In this document: piece by piece, positions 13,608 to 26,630 of the stretch
Numbering within the stretch: position 1 is the stretch's first letter
Layout of the letters: each line of letters opens with the position of its first letter
NCBI RefSeq assembly: GCF_002113885.1
Contig: NW_018403610.1
Location: 76,987-140,986 of the forward strand
Reading direction: 5' to 3'
Source of the DNA: Mizuhopecten yessoensis
Lineage: Eukaryota
DNA length: 64,000 nt
Program-made: the position numbers and the translations under genes
The notes under the pieces: model-generated
Seen by the model: the letters and a program-made list of their open reading frames with translations, nothing else
What the model was told of the DNA's origin: nothing
Database searches by the model: none

Positions 13608-14130
13608 ATACTTATGTTTGTTATACCGGAAACTCCATGAGCCCGACTTATGTTTGATATACCAGTAATTCAAGTAACCCGACTTATGTTTGTTAAAACG
13701 GAAATCCCATGAGCCCGGCTTATGTTTGTTATACTGGAAATTCAAGGAACCCGACTTGTGTTTGTTAAACCGGAAATTCATGACTCCGACTTATGTTTGT
13801 TATACCGGAAATTCATGACCCCGACTTATGTTTGTTATACCGGAAATTCATGACTCCGACTTATGTTTGTTATACCAGTAATTCAAGGAACCCGACTTAT
13901 GTTTGTTAAAACGGAAATCCCATGAGCCCGGCTTATGTTTGTTATACCAGTAATTCAAGGAACCCGACTTGTGTTTGTTAAACCAGAAATTCATGACTCC
14001 GACTTATGTTTGTTATACCGGAAATTCATGACTCCGACTTATGTTTGTTATACCAGAAACTCCATGATCCCGACTTATGTTTGTTATACCTTAAATTCAT
14101 GACTCCGACTTGTGTTTGTTATACCAGATA
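13608..14130. repeat. 35/36-bp minisatellite (ccgacttatgtttgttataccggaaattcatgact), ~15 copies
   Basis: Monomer starts at 13751 and 13786. Confidence 0.95.
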
Positions 14131-14602
14131 TCGCATGACATAGATCTTCATGTTATTGGTGACTCGGTATTGGTTGTGAATTCCTGTTACTGGTACTCAA
14201 ATCTGATAGTGACTCAGAACCACTGGTGACTCCATTATACCGGCGACTGAATCATACTGACTACTTCTTATATGTGTATACAAGGTGAGTCCATTTTACT
14301 AGGGAACTATTGAAACGTTTACAACAAACTACTGTTTAACATAAACTATGTTTTAATTAAATAACGAGGAAAGTATATACAAAAGTAGTTTGAAGAAATC
14401 CTAGGTGTTGAATAGATAGAAAAAGTGATACCATAGACAAATTTGGAAATATATTGCATCTTTCTTTGAAAATAAAATGTTGTTTTGGTCCTCTGGAGTC
14501 CCCTTAGTCCTAAAATGGTATCGCAATTTGATCTTTTCGGAATTGTTATCCACTAGAGTCAGAACCAAAAAACAGACAGTAGAATCAACCCGTTGTAAAA
14601 TT

Positions 14603-15062
14603 CAGGTAGCGTAACCTCTGATTTAGGGTCCTGGTAACGCTCCGTGGTAAATAACCGGTAGCGTTACCTTTGATTAAGGGTCCTGATGACACTCCGTGGT
14701 AAAGTACAGGTAGCGTAACCTATGATTCAGGGTCCTGGTGACACTCCGTGGTAGGAGTACAGGTAGTGTTACCTATGATTAAGGGCCCTGGTGACACTCC
14801 GTGGTAAAGTACAGGTAGCGTTACCTTTGATTCAGGGTCCTAGTGACACTTCGTGGTAAAGTACAGGTAGCGTTATCTTTGATTCAGGGTCCTGGTGACG
14901 CCCCGTGGTAAGGTACAGGTAGCGTTACCTTTGATTCAGGGTCCTGGTGACGCTCCGTGGTAAGGTACAGGTAGCGTTACCTTTGATTAAGGGTTCTGGT
15001 GACACAACGTGGTAAAGTACAGGTAGACTAAGAGTAACGTTTGATTCAGGGTCCTAGTGACG
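14603..15062. repeat. 52-bp minisatellite (caggtagcgttacctttgattcagggtcctggtgacactccgtggtaaagta), ~9 copies
   Basis: Monomer starts at 14603, 14655, 14707. Confidence 0.95.
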
Positions 15063-17652
15063 CCAAGTCAATGAAGTCGATGGTCACCAGATACTATTTC
15101 AGTAGTGCTATGTTTATAGTAAATGTGTTCATCCGTACTTGCTCTGAAACATAATGATAGGTTTCTTCACAAACTATGATACATGAACCTACACAAATGT
15201 ACATTGGTTTGATTATAACATTACGTATGTAGAAAATCCTGTTACAAAGTAAGTCGCAGGTGTACCGAACTAACTGTGACAGGTGAACATTATAAGCACG
15301 GGAGAATGGAATGTGATTACTACGTCAGGAGCTGCTGCGTGTGTTAGTGAGGTGACCATGGCCATGTTGTCGGTAATTTAACATGCATGGATGAAGAAAA
15401 AGTGTGCGTTATATATAATTTCATGTCTGGAAGATAAATCACATGTTACAATTTCTCGAATTTTTTGTTATTTAAGGAAAAATCGTCGATATATCTAAAT
15501 GTTAAATTAAAGAATCAGCAAAGTATCTTGTATCTTTACTCCTTCCTTTATAGCCATTGGCCCGTATTCATGCTCAAACTCGGACTGGTTCGTCTACCGT
15601 TTTATACTGGACTGGGGATATACAAACAGAGCTGCGCTGTTCCTAATACGATGTCGCTGTTTTATTTTTTATTCGTGATGCCTTGTTAATTTACTGTATA
15701 TTCGATAGGAAATTCGTATGCACTCTCACTGCTAGTAAATACCATCACCAGCCTCGCTCTCAGTGGTTTGTCTGAGAAGCTTAACGGATGTTAATTTGAG
15801 ATGTTATGAAGCGGCAGGCTCATAATGAAAGCATCGTTTAACCTTGGTGCCGTTACAATATGAGGTTTCTATTCAGAAATGCATAGAATACATTCTATTG
15901 AAACTAAATGAACATGTTACGCGCGTTGTAATACGCCTATTAAATCTCTCTATGTCCCTTTACCAATGCGGTTTATTACAGTGCATTAGCTGTGGAAACT
16001 GCTTACGGAATAGACAGTATTCAACCTTGTTCATGAACAGACTCATACTGATTTTAGGAAATGTCTCCTTAATTCATCATATTTGAAGACCTCTGTATAT
16101 TTCTGTTCATTGTTTATTCTGCTGCATATGAAACACGACTCCGTTGGTAATTCTAGTTGGTCAAGAGCATTTGTAGGCCTTTGAACGTTGTTGTGTTTGT
16201 AGTTGGCGGTTTGACTCCAGCGAGGAAGGTACATTGTAGCGTATTTCTGACCTTCACATCGGGACTTGAAACGTCTGTATTATGTCAAGACATCAATTGT
16301 CGGACGGCATCTCAATATGTTTACTATATATATGTATACAGACTGGTGCACGTCAAATATAAACAATAAATCAGTTATCTTTATGATCCACTTTCGTGGT
16401 TTCACTACCCTACTATCGCTATTCTTTTTATTACGTCTCTCACCCATTCTTCCTGATATATAGGAGACGCAATGCTGTTAAACCACCAACTACTAAAACA
16501 ACAAAGATAATTCTATTATTCAGAGCCCTATTACAGTTTCGCGCTGTTTAAGAGGCTACTCTTGTGTAACTGTATGTTGGATTTTTACTACTTAACAGAA
16601 AACTCAGGCATGTCCATACTTATTCAGATTATCTTCATCATTTTACTGCTAACGTGGCAAATTAACAGGACACTATTTGAACAATTATTGCTAAATAGGT
16701 TACAGACAACAAGCTTTGAAAACACAGTTTTGTTCGTGACAAGTCACCACGACCGCTTCGCTACCGTGAGGCTGCTGTGTCATGAGGACAAGTCACATGT
16801 CACAACGCCATCTAGCAAACGTAGCTCAATATTGAATAATGCTTTCTAAATACAAGAATGTACACTCTTAATTATCAAACGATTGGTAGGTATGTGCTTT
16901 TACTTTGTTTGTAATTATCGGATGTTTCATCGTTAATATGGAATTCATAACATTGAGAAATATATTTGATTCGTATTGTGACGAAAAAATGGTTTGAACT
17001 TCAGCACTAAGTTTAAAGCAGTAGCAACATCATCAATACAACTCAGTCTGCGTGTTTGTTTAAATGAAATTAACCACAGGTCCCTGCTCTCATTGTTCTA
17101 TGAATGATCGAGGACATTCTGGTAATTACAGGTGAATACACTTAAAGATGAGTTGATACAGGTGGGCAGATAGGTTATCACCTGGAGATGTATCAGAGGT
17201 AACGCTAAGTACCGAAAATGTCAGGACACAGTGAATAGCATTACTCATGAGAAGAACACACGAAAGCATGTAATGTTTATAGCTATGCCGAGGCTTTCGA
17301 TTATTTAAAGGCTCGTTTATCTTTGATAAACAGGGCATGACATCTATGTTACTTAGTCAATCTTGATGGATACGGATAACGGCATTAGTGCTTTTAATCG
17401 ATATGTTTCAATCTGACAACAAACAATTTGTCCCCGGAGCAAAGCAGAACAACTTCGACGGAGGTGAGTTCCTGCGTTTTTAAATGCCAACGCGCACGCA
17501 CGTGTGACATAAATCTTGCAAACAGGCAGCATACTCTCTCGTAAGAAGCGCAACAATCAGGCGAGATTATTTACTTTGTAATCATAAAACCGACACTTTC
17601 GATTACTGTAGTGTGTGCGTTGTAATTAAATTAGTGACACGTTCACAACAGA

Positions 17653-19781
17653 GATGTACACCGTGTGACAGAGGACAAGGTATGTGTGATGTACACCGTG
17701 TAACAGAGGACAAGGTATGTGTGATGTACACCGTATAACAGAGGACAAGGTATGTGTGATGTACACCGTATAACAGAGGACAAGGTATGTGTGATAAACA
17801 CCGTGTAACAGAGGACAAGGTATGTGTGATTACACCGTGTAACAGAGGACAAGGTTTGTGTGATGTACAACGTGTAACAGAGGACAAGTTATGTGTGATT
17901 ACACCGTGTAACAGACGACAAGGTTTGTGTGGTGTACACCGTATAACAGAGGACAAAGTATGTGTGATGTACACCGTGTAACAGAGGACAAGGTATGTGT
18001 GATGTACAACGTGTAACAGAGGACAAGGTTTGTGTGATGTACACCGTATAACAGAGGACAAGGTATGTGTGATGTACAACGTGTAACAGAGGACAAGGTA
18101 TGTGTGATTATACCGTGTAACAGAGGACAAGGTATGTGTGATTACACCGTGTAACAGAGGACAAGGTTTGTGTGATGTACACCGTATAACAGAGGACAAG
18201 GTATGTGCGATGTACACCGTATAACAGAGGACAAGGTATGTGCGATGTACACCGTATAACAGAGGACAAGGTATGTGTGATTACACCGTTTAACAGACGA
18301 AAAGGTATGTGTGATGTACACCGTATAACAGAGGACAAGGTATGTGGGATTACACCGTGTAACAGAGGACAAGGTTTGTGTGATGTACACCGTATGACAG
18401 AGGACAAGGTATGAGTGATGTACACCGTATAACAGAGGACAAGGTATGTGTGATGTACACCGTGAAACAGAGGACAAGGTATGTGTGATGTACACCGTAT
18501 CACAGAGGACAAGGTATGTGTGATGTACACCGTGAAACAGAGGACAAGGTATGTGTGATGTACACCGAGTAACAGAGGACAAGGTATGTGTGATGTACAC
18601 CATATAACAGAGGACAAGGTATGTGTGATGTACAACGTGGAACAGAGGACAAGGTATGTGTGATTATACCGTGTAACATAGGACAAGGTATGTGTGATTA
18701 CACCGTGTAACAGAGGACAAGGTTTGTGTGATGTCCACCGTATGACAGAGGACAAGGTATGTGTGATGTACACACTCTGACAGAGGACAAGGTATGTGTG
18801 ATGTACACCGTATGACAGTGGACAAGGTATGTGTGATGTACACCGTATGACAGTGGACAAGGTATGTGTGATGTACACCGTATGACAGTGGACAAGGTAT
18901 GTGTGATGTACACCGTATGACAGAGGACAAGGTATGTGTGATGTTCACCGAGTAACAGAGGACAAGGTATGTGTGATTACACCGTTTAACAGACGAGAAG
19001 GTATGTGTGATGTACACCGTATAACAGAGGACAAGGTATGTGTGATAAACACCGTGTACCAGAGGACAAGGTATGTGTGATTACACCGTGTAACAGAGGA
19101 CAAGGTTTGTGTGATGTACACCGTATAACAGAGGACAAGGTATGTGGGATTACACCGTGTAACAGAGGACAAGGTTTGTGTGATGTACAACGTGTAACAG
19201 AGGACAAGTTATGTGTGATTACACCGTGTAACAGAGGACAAGGTTTGTGTGATGTACACCGTATAACAGAGGACAAGGTATGTGCGATGTACACCGTATA
19301 ACAGAGGACAAGGTATGTGCGATGTACACCGTATAACAGAGGACAAGGTATGTGCGATGTACACCGTATAACAGAGGACAAGGTATGTGCGATGTACACC
19401 GTATAACAGAGGACAAGGTATGTGCGATGTACACCGTATAACAGAGGACAAGGTATGTGCGATGTACACCGTATAACAGAGGACAAGGTATGTGCGATGT
19501 ACACCGTATAACAGAGGACAAGGTATGTGCGATGTACACCGTATAACAGAGGACAAGGTATGTGTGATAAACACCGTGTACCAGAGGACAAGGTATGTGT
19601 GATTACACCGTGTAACAGAGGACAAGGTATGTATGATTACACCGTGTAACAGACGACAAGGTATGTGTGATTACACCGTGTAACAGAGGACAAGGTTTGC
19701 GTGATGTACACCGTATGACAGAGGACAAGGTATGTCTGATGTTCACCGTGTAACAGAGGACAAGGTATGTGTGATTACACA
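17653..19781. repeat. 35/34-bp minisatellite (gatgtacaccgtataacagaggacaaggtatgtgt), ~61 copies
   Basis: Period 35 (17653, 17688) with a 34-bp gattacacc variant. ORFs 17603-19625 are repeat translations. Confidence 0.98.
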
Positions 19782-21693
19782 GTTGTCGTCAGGATCTCTC
19801 TTACACACAGCGATTCTTTTATGCGTCTTTTAAAATGGGTCACATGAAAATGTATCGATATAATACATGTACGTTTATCTGGTTCTTTATAAGCTTAAAC
19901 TCTGACGTTGTTAAAAAGCACCTCCGAAAAATACCGATGTTCCATCAGAGTTCCTATCCTGAAAACCGACTATTGTGATAATAGAGTTACCGTCACAGTC
20001 AGACTAATTGACGGACAAAATATCCAATAGCGGGCAAATATGAGCAGCAGGCTGACCAACACATGAGTACTTCATAATTATACAAATGGTCCACCATCTA
20101 GATATTTACGTTGTTGATCATAATATTTACTACCCCACTGAGGTGACCGCAACTGTAAATATCAACAATGCCGAGAAACACATGTAGCTTTAGCTCGGCA
20201 AAATTTATATTTTATCATGAAATAAATTAATAATCTGTGTTGGGATTTATTTGTTTCGTGAATATCATATTGGTTCTACATATGCCTCATAAGGACCACT
20301 ATTTAGTTTTTTGTTGATGGTAATAGGAACTTATTTTTGATCATATTATTCAGACGTCTGTTCCTCATGCAAACATCCTCGTTGTTGACTTTAAAGGCAG
20401 AATTTGTATCGTCGTCTGGCGGATTAATATTACTGCAAAATCGTACTTCTGGTTTCCAACCGAAAGATTTAGCGAAATGGATTTTGACAACCGGCTTCGC
20501 GTCACCCAGGTATTCGTTATTTTTTGACATTTGAGCAACATTACTGTCCTAATTTAGTAGCATGTATTTGAAACATTTTAAGAATTGTCATTTAATTAGC
20601 CTTCACTAGCTCGTAAATATGATCAAGGACAATAAAGGTTAAACAAACGGTAACGAAGCCATTGATCTTTCAAACCAAGCAGCATCAGCTTTCGATTTTG
20701 TTTTATTTAACGTCTTGGTTTGGTTGAGATGCATTTATGACATAATTTCAAACTTTATAATCATCACACCATATTGACCCCATTTTACTTTTTTGTAAAG
20801 ACTACTGAAAAATAACGTTAACTATCTCTAATAGTTTATGTTCATTCAGTATCTACACTACTTAATTAAGTGCTGAACAGATGAAGACGCTCAATACCCG
20901 ATCATACAGATGTAAAGAACGTTTCATTTGTATACAATTAACCGATGGCTTACCTAAATCAAACCTAACACAATATAAAAATCAACTGTGATTATTCGGA
21001 CTGCAGTATATTCTTTCCTAAAATAGAAAATGGCAACATTGAATGCGAAAACAAGGATACTCGGGTGGAATGAATTACGGCGATTTTCCTGTAAAGAGAG
21101 AGACACGCTAACATGTTGCCGAATACTGAAAGAGGTTGAGAGATATCTACATGAAGTACACATTTCTCCACACTTGTCCGTTCGAATTCATTTTTCATTT
21201 CTCACCGCGCGTAGTGTGAGGTCGGGCGTGATAACCCGTCTGTGAATGGTGGCTCAATCAGCCCGTCCAATCTCGGCTAGAATACAGCTAGCAGGTATAG
21301 TACTTTCAAAAATTGTCCAATTTCCGGCAACAAAACTTGTGATATGCAATGATTATGATGCCATTTTACATGTTAACTTGTCATTGGTCTGTTTAGCGGT
21401 GTTCTTGTTGTTAACATTCATTAATATGTTCCCAAGTATATTGATATAATATATTATAATATATAAATATATTAATTTAGATAAAATTAGCAGAGAGAAA
21501 AATGAATGAGAGCCCTCCTGTGTGAGGACACCATATTGTTTAGGGGACTAAGTAGAAATACGATGCAAGGAAGTAGCTGAACTTTTCGTATAATTCAGCG
21601 ATTCACCCGTACTAAATGTCGGAGGAATGAAGATAATTTATTCGTAAACTAGTGTTTCATGTAAACTGCACCATAACAAATGTCAGCTGCAGG

Positions 21694-22315
21694 GTAACGG
21701 CCAACTTCGGGGACTGATGGTCCACCAGCATTGTTACGGCCAACTTCGGGGACCGATTGTCCACTAGCAGGTACTAGGCTACGGCCAACCTCGGGACTGG
21801 TAGTCCACAAGTAGGCACTAGGCTACGGCCAACCTCGGGACTGGTAGTCTACTAGTAGGTACTACTCCACTTATAGGTACTAGGCTACGGTCAACATCGG
21901 TGACTGATAGTCCACTAATAGGTACTAGGCTACGGTCAATATCGGTGACTGATAGTCCACTAATAGGTACTAGACTACGGCCAACCCCAGGGACTGGTAG
22001 TCTACTAATAGGTACTAGGATACGGCCAACCTCGGGGACTGATGACATGGTCCACCAGCAGGTAAATGGTTGACCTCGGAGACTGATAATCACCCAGCAA
22101 GGTTACGGCCAACTTCGGGGACTAAACTTCCACAAGTAGGCAATAGGCTACGGCCAACCTCGGGAACTAATTGTCCACAAGTATATACAATACTACTTTA
22201 AACCTCGGATACTGATAGCCCACCAGTCGCTATAAGGTTACAGCCAACCTCGGGGACTGATAGTCAACCAATAGATACAAGATAAAGGTAGTCCTCGGGA
22301 TTGATAGTCCATCGG
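21694..22315. repeat. Degenerate ~35-45-bp tandem repeat, core ggctacggccaacctcggg(g)actg(a/g)tagtccac
   Basis: The core recurs about 14 times with variable spacing; ORF 21818-22093 shows 15-aa periodicity. Confidence 0.85.
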
Positions 22316-22435
22316 CAAAGTCATCTTGTGAGGTAAAACAATTACTAGCAATACGGAGAGAAATAAACATACATAGCATTATAATGGAAATTTTATTTTC
22401 GTTTGAATTGTATGACTGATTAAAAGGCTCATTTG

Positions 22436-25400
22436 CATTGTTTCTAGTACTGGTGCGATACATCTTGTGCATTGTTTCTAGTACTGGTGCGATACATCTT
22501 GTGCATTGTTTTTAGTACTGGTGCGATACATCTTGTGCATTGTATCTAGTACTGGTGCGATGCATCTTGTGCATTGTGTCTAGTACTGGTGCGATACATC
22601 CTGTGCATTGTTTCTAGTACTGGTGCGAGACATCTTGTACACTGATTCTAGTACTGGTGCTAAGTACTGGTGCGATACATCTTGTGCATTGTTTTTAGTA
22701 CTGGTGCGATACATCTTGTGCATTGTATCTAGTACTGGTGCGATGCATCTTGTGCATTGTTTCTAGTACTGGAGCGATACATCTTGTGCATTGTGTCTAG
22801 TACTGGGGCGATACATCTTGTGCATTGTGTCTAGTACTGCATACATAGCATTATAATGGAAATTTTATTTTCGTTTGAATTGCATGACTGATTAAAAGGC
22901 TCATTTGGATTGTGTCTAGTACTGGTGCGATACATCTTGTTCATTGTGTCTAGTACTGGTGCGATACATCTTGCGTATTGTGGCTAGTACTGGTGCGATA
23001 CATCTTGTGCATTGTATCTAGTACTGGTGCGATACATCTTGTGCATTGTATCTAGTACTGGTGCGATGCATCTTGTGCATTGTTTCTAGTACTGGTGCGA
23101 GACATCCTTTGTACTGTTTCTAGTATTGGTGGGAGGCATCTTGTGCACTGTTTCTAGTACTGGTGCTATACATCTTGTGCATTGTTTCTAGTACTGGTGC
23201 GAGACATCCTTTGCACTGTTTCTAGTACTGGTGCGAGACATCCTTTGCACTGTTTCTAGTACTGGTGCGAGACATCCTTTGTACTGTTTCTAGTATTGGT
23301 GGGAGGCATCTTGTGCATTGTTTCTAGTCCTGGTGCGATACATCTTGTGAATTGTTTCTAGTACTGGTGCGATACATCTTGTGCCCTGTTTCTAGTACTG
23401 GTGCGATACATCTTGTGAATTGTGTCTAGTACTGGTGCGATACATCTTGCGTATTGTGGCTAGTACTGGTGCGATACATCTTGGGCATTGTTTCTAGTAC
23501 TGGTGCGATACATCTTGTGCATTGTATCTAGTACTGGTGCGATGCATCTTGTGCATTGTGTCTAGTACTTGTGCGATACATCTTGTGCATTGTTTCTAGT
23601 ACTGGGGCGATACATCTTGTGCATTGTTTCTAGTACTGGGGCGATACATCTTGTGCATTGTGTCTAGTACTGCATACATAGCATTATAATGGAAATTTTA
23701 TTTTCGTTTGAATTGTATGACTGATTAAAAGGCTCATTTGCATTGTTCCTACTACTGGTGCGATACATCTTGTGCATTGTTTCTAGCACTGGTGCGACAC
23801 ATCTTTTGTACTGTTTCTCGTACTTGTCATATGCATCTTTAGCACTTTTCTAGTACTGGTAGGAGACATCTTTTGCACTGTTTCTTGTACTGGTGCGATA
23901 CATCCTTTGCACTGTTTCTTGTACTGGTTCGAGACATCTTGCGCATTGTTTCTAGTACTGGTGCGAATCATCCTGTGTACTGTTTCTAGTACTGGTGCGA
24001 GACATCTTGTACACTGATTCTAGTACTGGTGCTAGGTATCTTTTGCACTTTTCTAGTACTGGTAGGAGACATCTTTTGCACTGTTTCTTGTACTGGTGCG
24101 AGACATGTTGTGCATTGTTTCTAGTACTGGTGCGAGACATCTTGTGCATTGTGTCTAGTACTGGTGCGATACATCCTGTGCATTGTTTCTAGTACTGGTG
24201 CTAGGTATCTTTTGCACTTTTCTAGTACTGGTATGAGACATCTTTTGCACTGTTTCTGGTACTGGTGCGAGACATGTTGTGCATTGTTTCTAGAACTGGT
24301 GCGATACATCTTGTGAATTGGTTCTAGTACTGGTGCGAGACATCCTTTGGACTGTTTCTAGTATTGGTGGGAGGCATCTTGTGCACTGTTTCTAGTACTG
24401 GTGCGGGACATCTTGTGCATTATTTCTAGTATTGGTGCGAATCATCTTTTGCACTTTTTCTAGTACTGGTAGGAGACATCTCTTGCACTGTTTCTATTAC
24501 TGGTGTCGAGGCATCTTGTGCACTGCTTCTAGTACTGGTGCGAGACATAATTTTAATGTTTCTTATACTGGTGCGAGACATCTTGTGCATTGTTTTTAAT
24601 ATTGGTGAGACACATCTTTTGTACTGCTTCTAGTACTGGTGCGAGACATCCTTTTTAATCTTTCTTGTACTGGTGTCGAGGCATCTTGTGCATTGTTTCT
24701 AATATTGGTGGGACACATCTTTTGTACTGTTTCTAGTACTGGTGCGAGACATCTTGTGCATTGTTTCTAATATTGGTGAGACACATATTTTGTACTGCTT
24801 CTAGTACTGGTGCGAGACATCCTTTTTAATGTTTCTAGTACTGGTGTCGAGGCATCTTGTGCACTGCTTCTAGTACTGATGCGACACATCTTTTGTACTG
24901 TTTCTAGTACTGGTGCGGGACATCTTTTGCACTGTTTCTAGTACTGGTGTCGAGGCATCTTGTGCATTGTTTCTAATATTGGTAGGAGACATCTTGTGCA
25001 TTGTTTCTAGTACTGGTGTCGAGGCATCTTGTGCACTGCTTCTAGTACTGATGCGACACATCTTTTGCACTGTTTCTAGTACTTGTGCGACACATCTTGT
25101 GCATTGTTTCTAGTACTGGTGCGACACATCTTTTGTACTGTTTCTAGTACTGGTGCCATACATCCTTTTAACTGTTTCTAGTACTGGTTCGAGACATCTT
25201 GTGCCCTGTTTCTAAAACTGGTTCGAGACACCTTGTGCCCTGTTTCTAGTACTTCTGCTAGGCAACTTTTGCACCTTTTTTAGTACTGGTAGGGGACATC
25301 TTATGCACTGTTTCTAGTACTGGTGTCGAGACATCCTGTGCACTGCTTCTAGTACTGGTGCGAGACATCTTGTGCATTGTTTCTAGTATTGGTGTCGAGG

Positions 25401-26630
25401 CATCTTGTGCACTGCTTCTAGTACTGATGCGACAAATCTTTTGTACTGTTTCTAGTACTGGTACGTGATATCATTTGCACTGTTTCTAGTACTTGTTTCC
25501 ACACATCTTGTGCATTGTTTCTAGCACTGGTGCGACACATCTTTTGTACTGTTTCTAGTACTTGTGCTAGGCATCTTTTGCACTTTTCTAGTACTGGTAG
25601 GAGACATCTTTTGCACTGTTTCTAGTACTGGTGTCGAATCATCTTGTGTATTGTTTCTAGCACTGGTGCGAGACATCTTTTTTATTGTTTCTTGTACTTG
25701 TGCAAAACATCCTTTTTACTGTTTCTAGTACTGGTGCGAATCATATTGTGTATTGTTTCTAGTACTGGTGCGAGACATCTTTTTTATTGTTTCTTGTACT
25801 GGTGCAAAACATCCTTTTTATTGTTTCTAGTACTGGTGCGAATCATATTGTGTATTGTTTCTAGTACTGGTGCGACAACATCTTTTGTACTGTTTCTAGT
25901 ACTGGTTCGAGACATCTTTTGCACTGTTTCTAGTATTGGTGGGAGACACCTTGTGCATTGTTTCTAGTACTGGTACGACACATCTTTTGTACTGTTTCTA
26001 GTATTGGTGGGAGACACCTTGTGCCCTGTTTCTAGTACTGGTGTGACACATCTTTTGTACTGTTTCTAGTATTGGTGGGAGACACCTTGTGCATTGTTTC
26101 TAGTACTGGTGCGAATCATCCCGTGTACTGTTTCTAGCACTGGTGCGATACATCCTTTGCACTGATTCTAGTACTGGTGCGATACATCCTTTGCACTGAT
26201 TCTAGTACTGGTGCGATACATCCTTTGCACTGATTCATCTAGTACTGGTGCGATACATCCTTTGCACTGTTTCTTGTACTGGTGCGAGACATCTTGCGCA
26301 TTGTTTCTAGTACTGGTGCGAATAACCCCGTGTACTGTTTCTAGCACTGGAGCGATACATCCTTTGCACTGATTCATCTAGTACTGGTGCGATACATCCT
26401 TTGCACTGTTTCTAGTACTTGTGCGAGACACCCTTTGCACTGTTTCTAGTACTTGTGCGAAACATCTCGTACACTTTCTTTAGTACTGGTGTCGAGTCAT
26501 ATTTTACACTGTTACTTATACCAGTGCAAGGCTTCTTTTGTACACTTTCTTATACCGGTGCAAGGTTTCTTTTGCACTGTTTCTAGTTCTGGTGTAAGGC
26601 ATGTTGTGCAATGTTTCTTATGCTAGTGGG
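22436..26630. repeat. 34-bp minisatellite (ctagtactggtgcgatacatcttgtgcattgttt), ~120 copies, interrupted twice by a 68-bp copy of its left flank
   Basis: Period 34 (22444, 22478). The flank at 22368-22435 reappears at 22840-22907 and 23673-23740. Confidence 0.98.

Noticed and set aside
17603-19625. His/Cys/Thr-rich ORFs resembling zinc-finger or metal-binding proteins
   Set aside because: All frames cycle through the same 35/34-bp monomer, and there is no C2H2 spacing. The same applies to ORFs at 7827-8704, 23783-26377 and 38251-39025.
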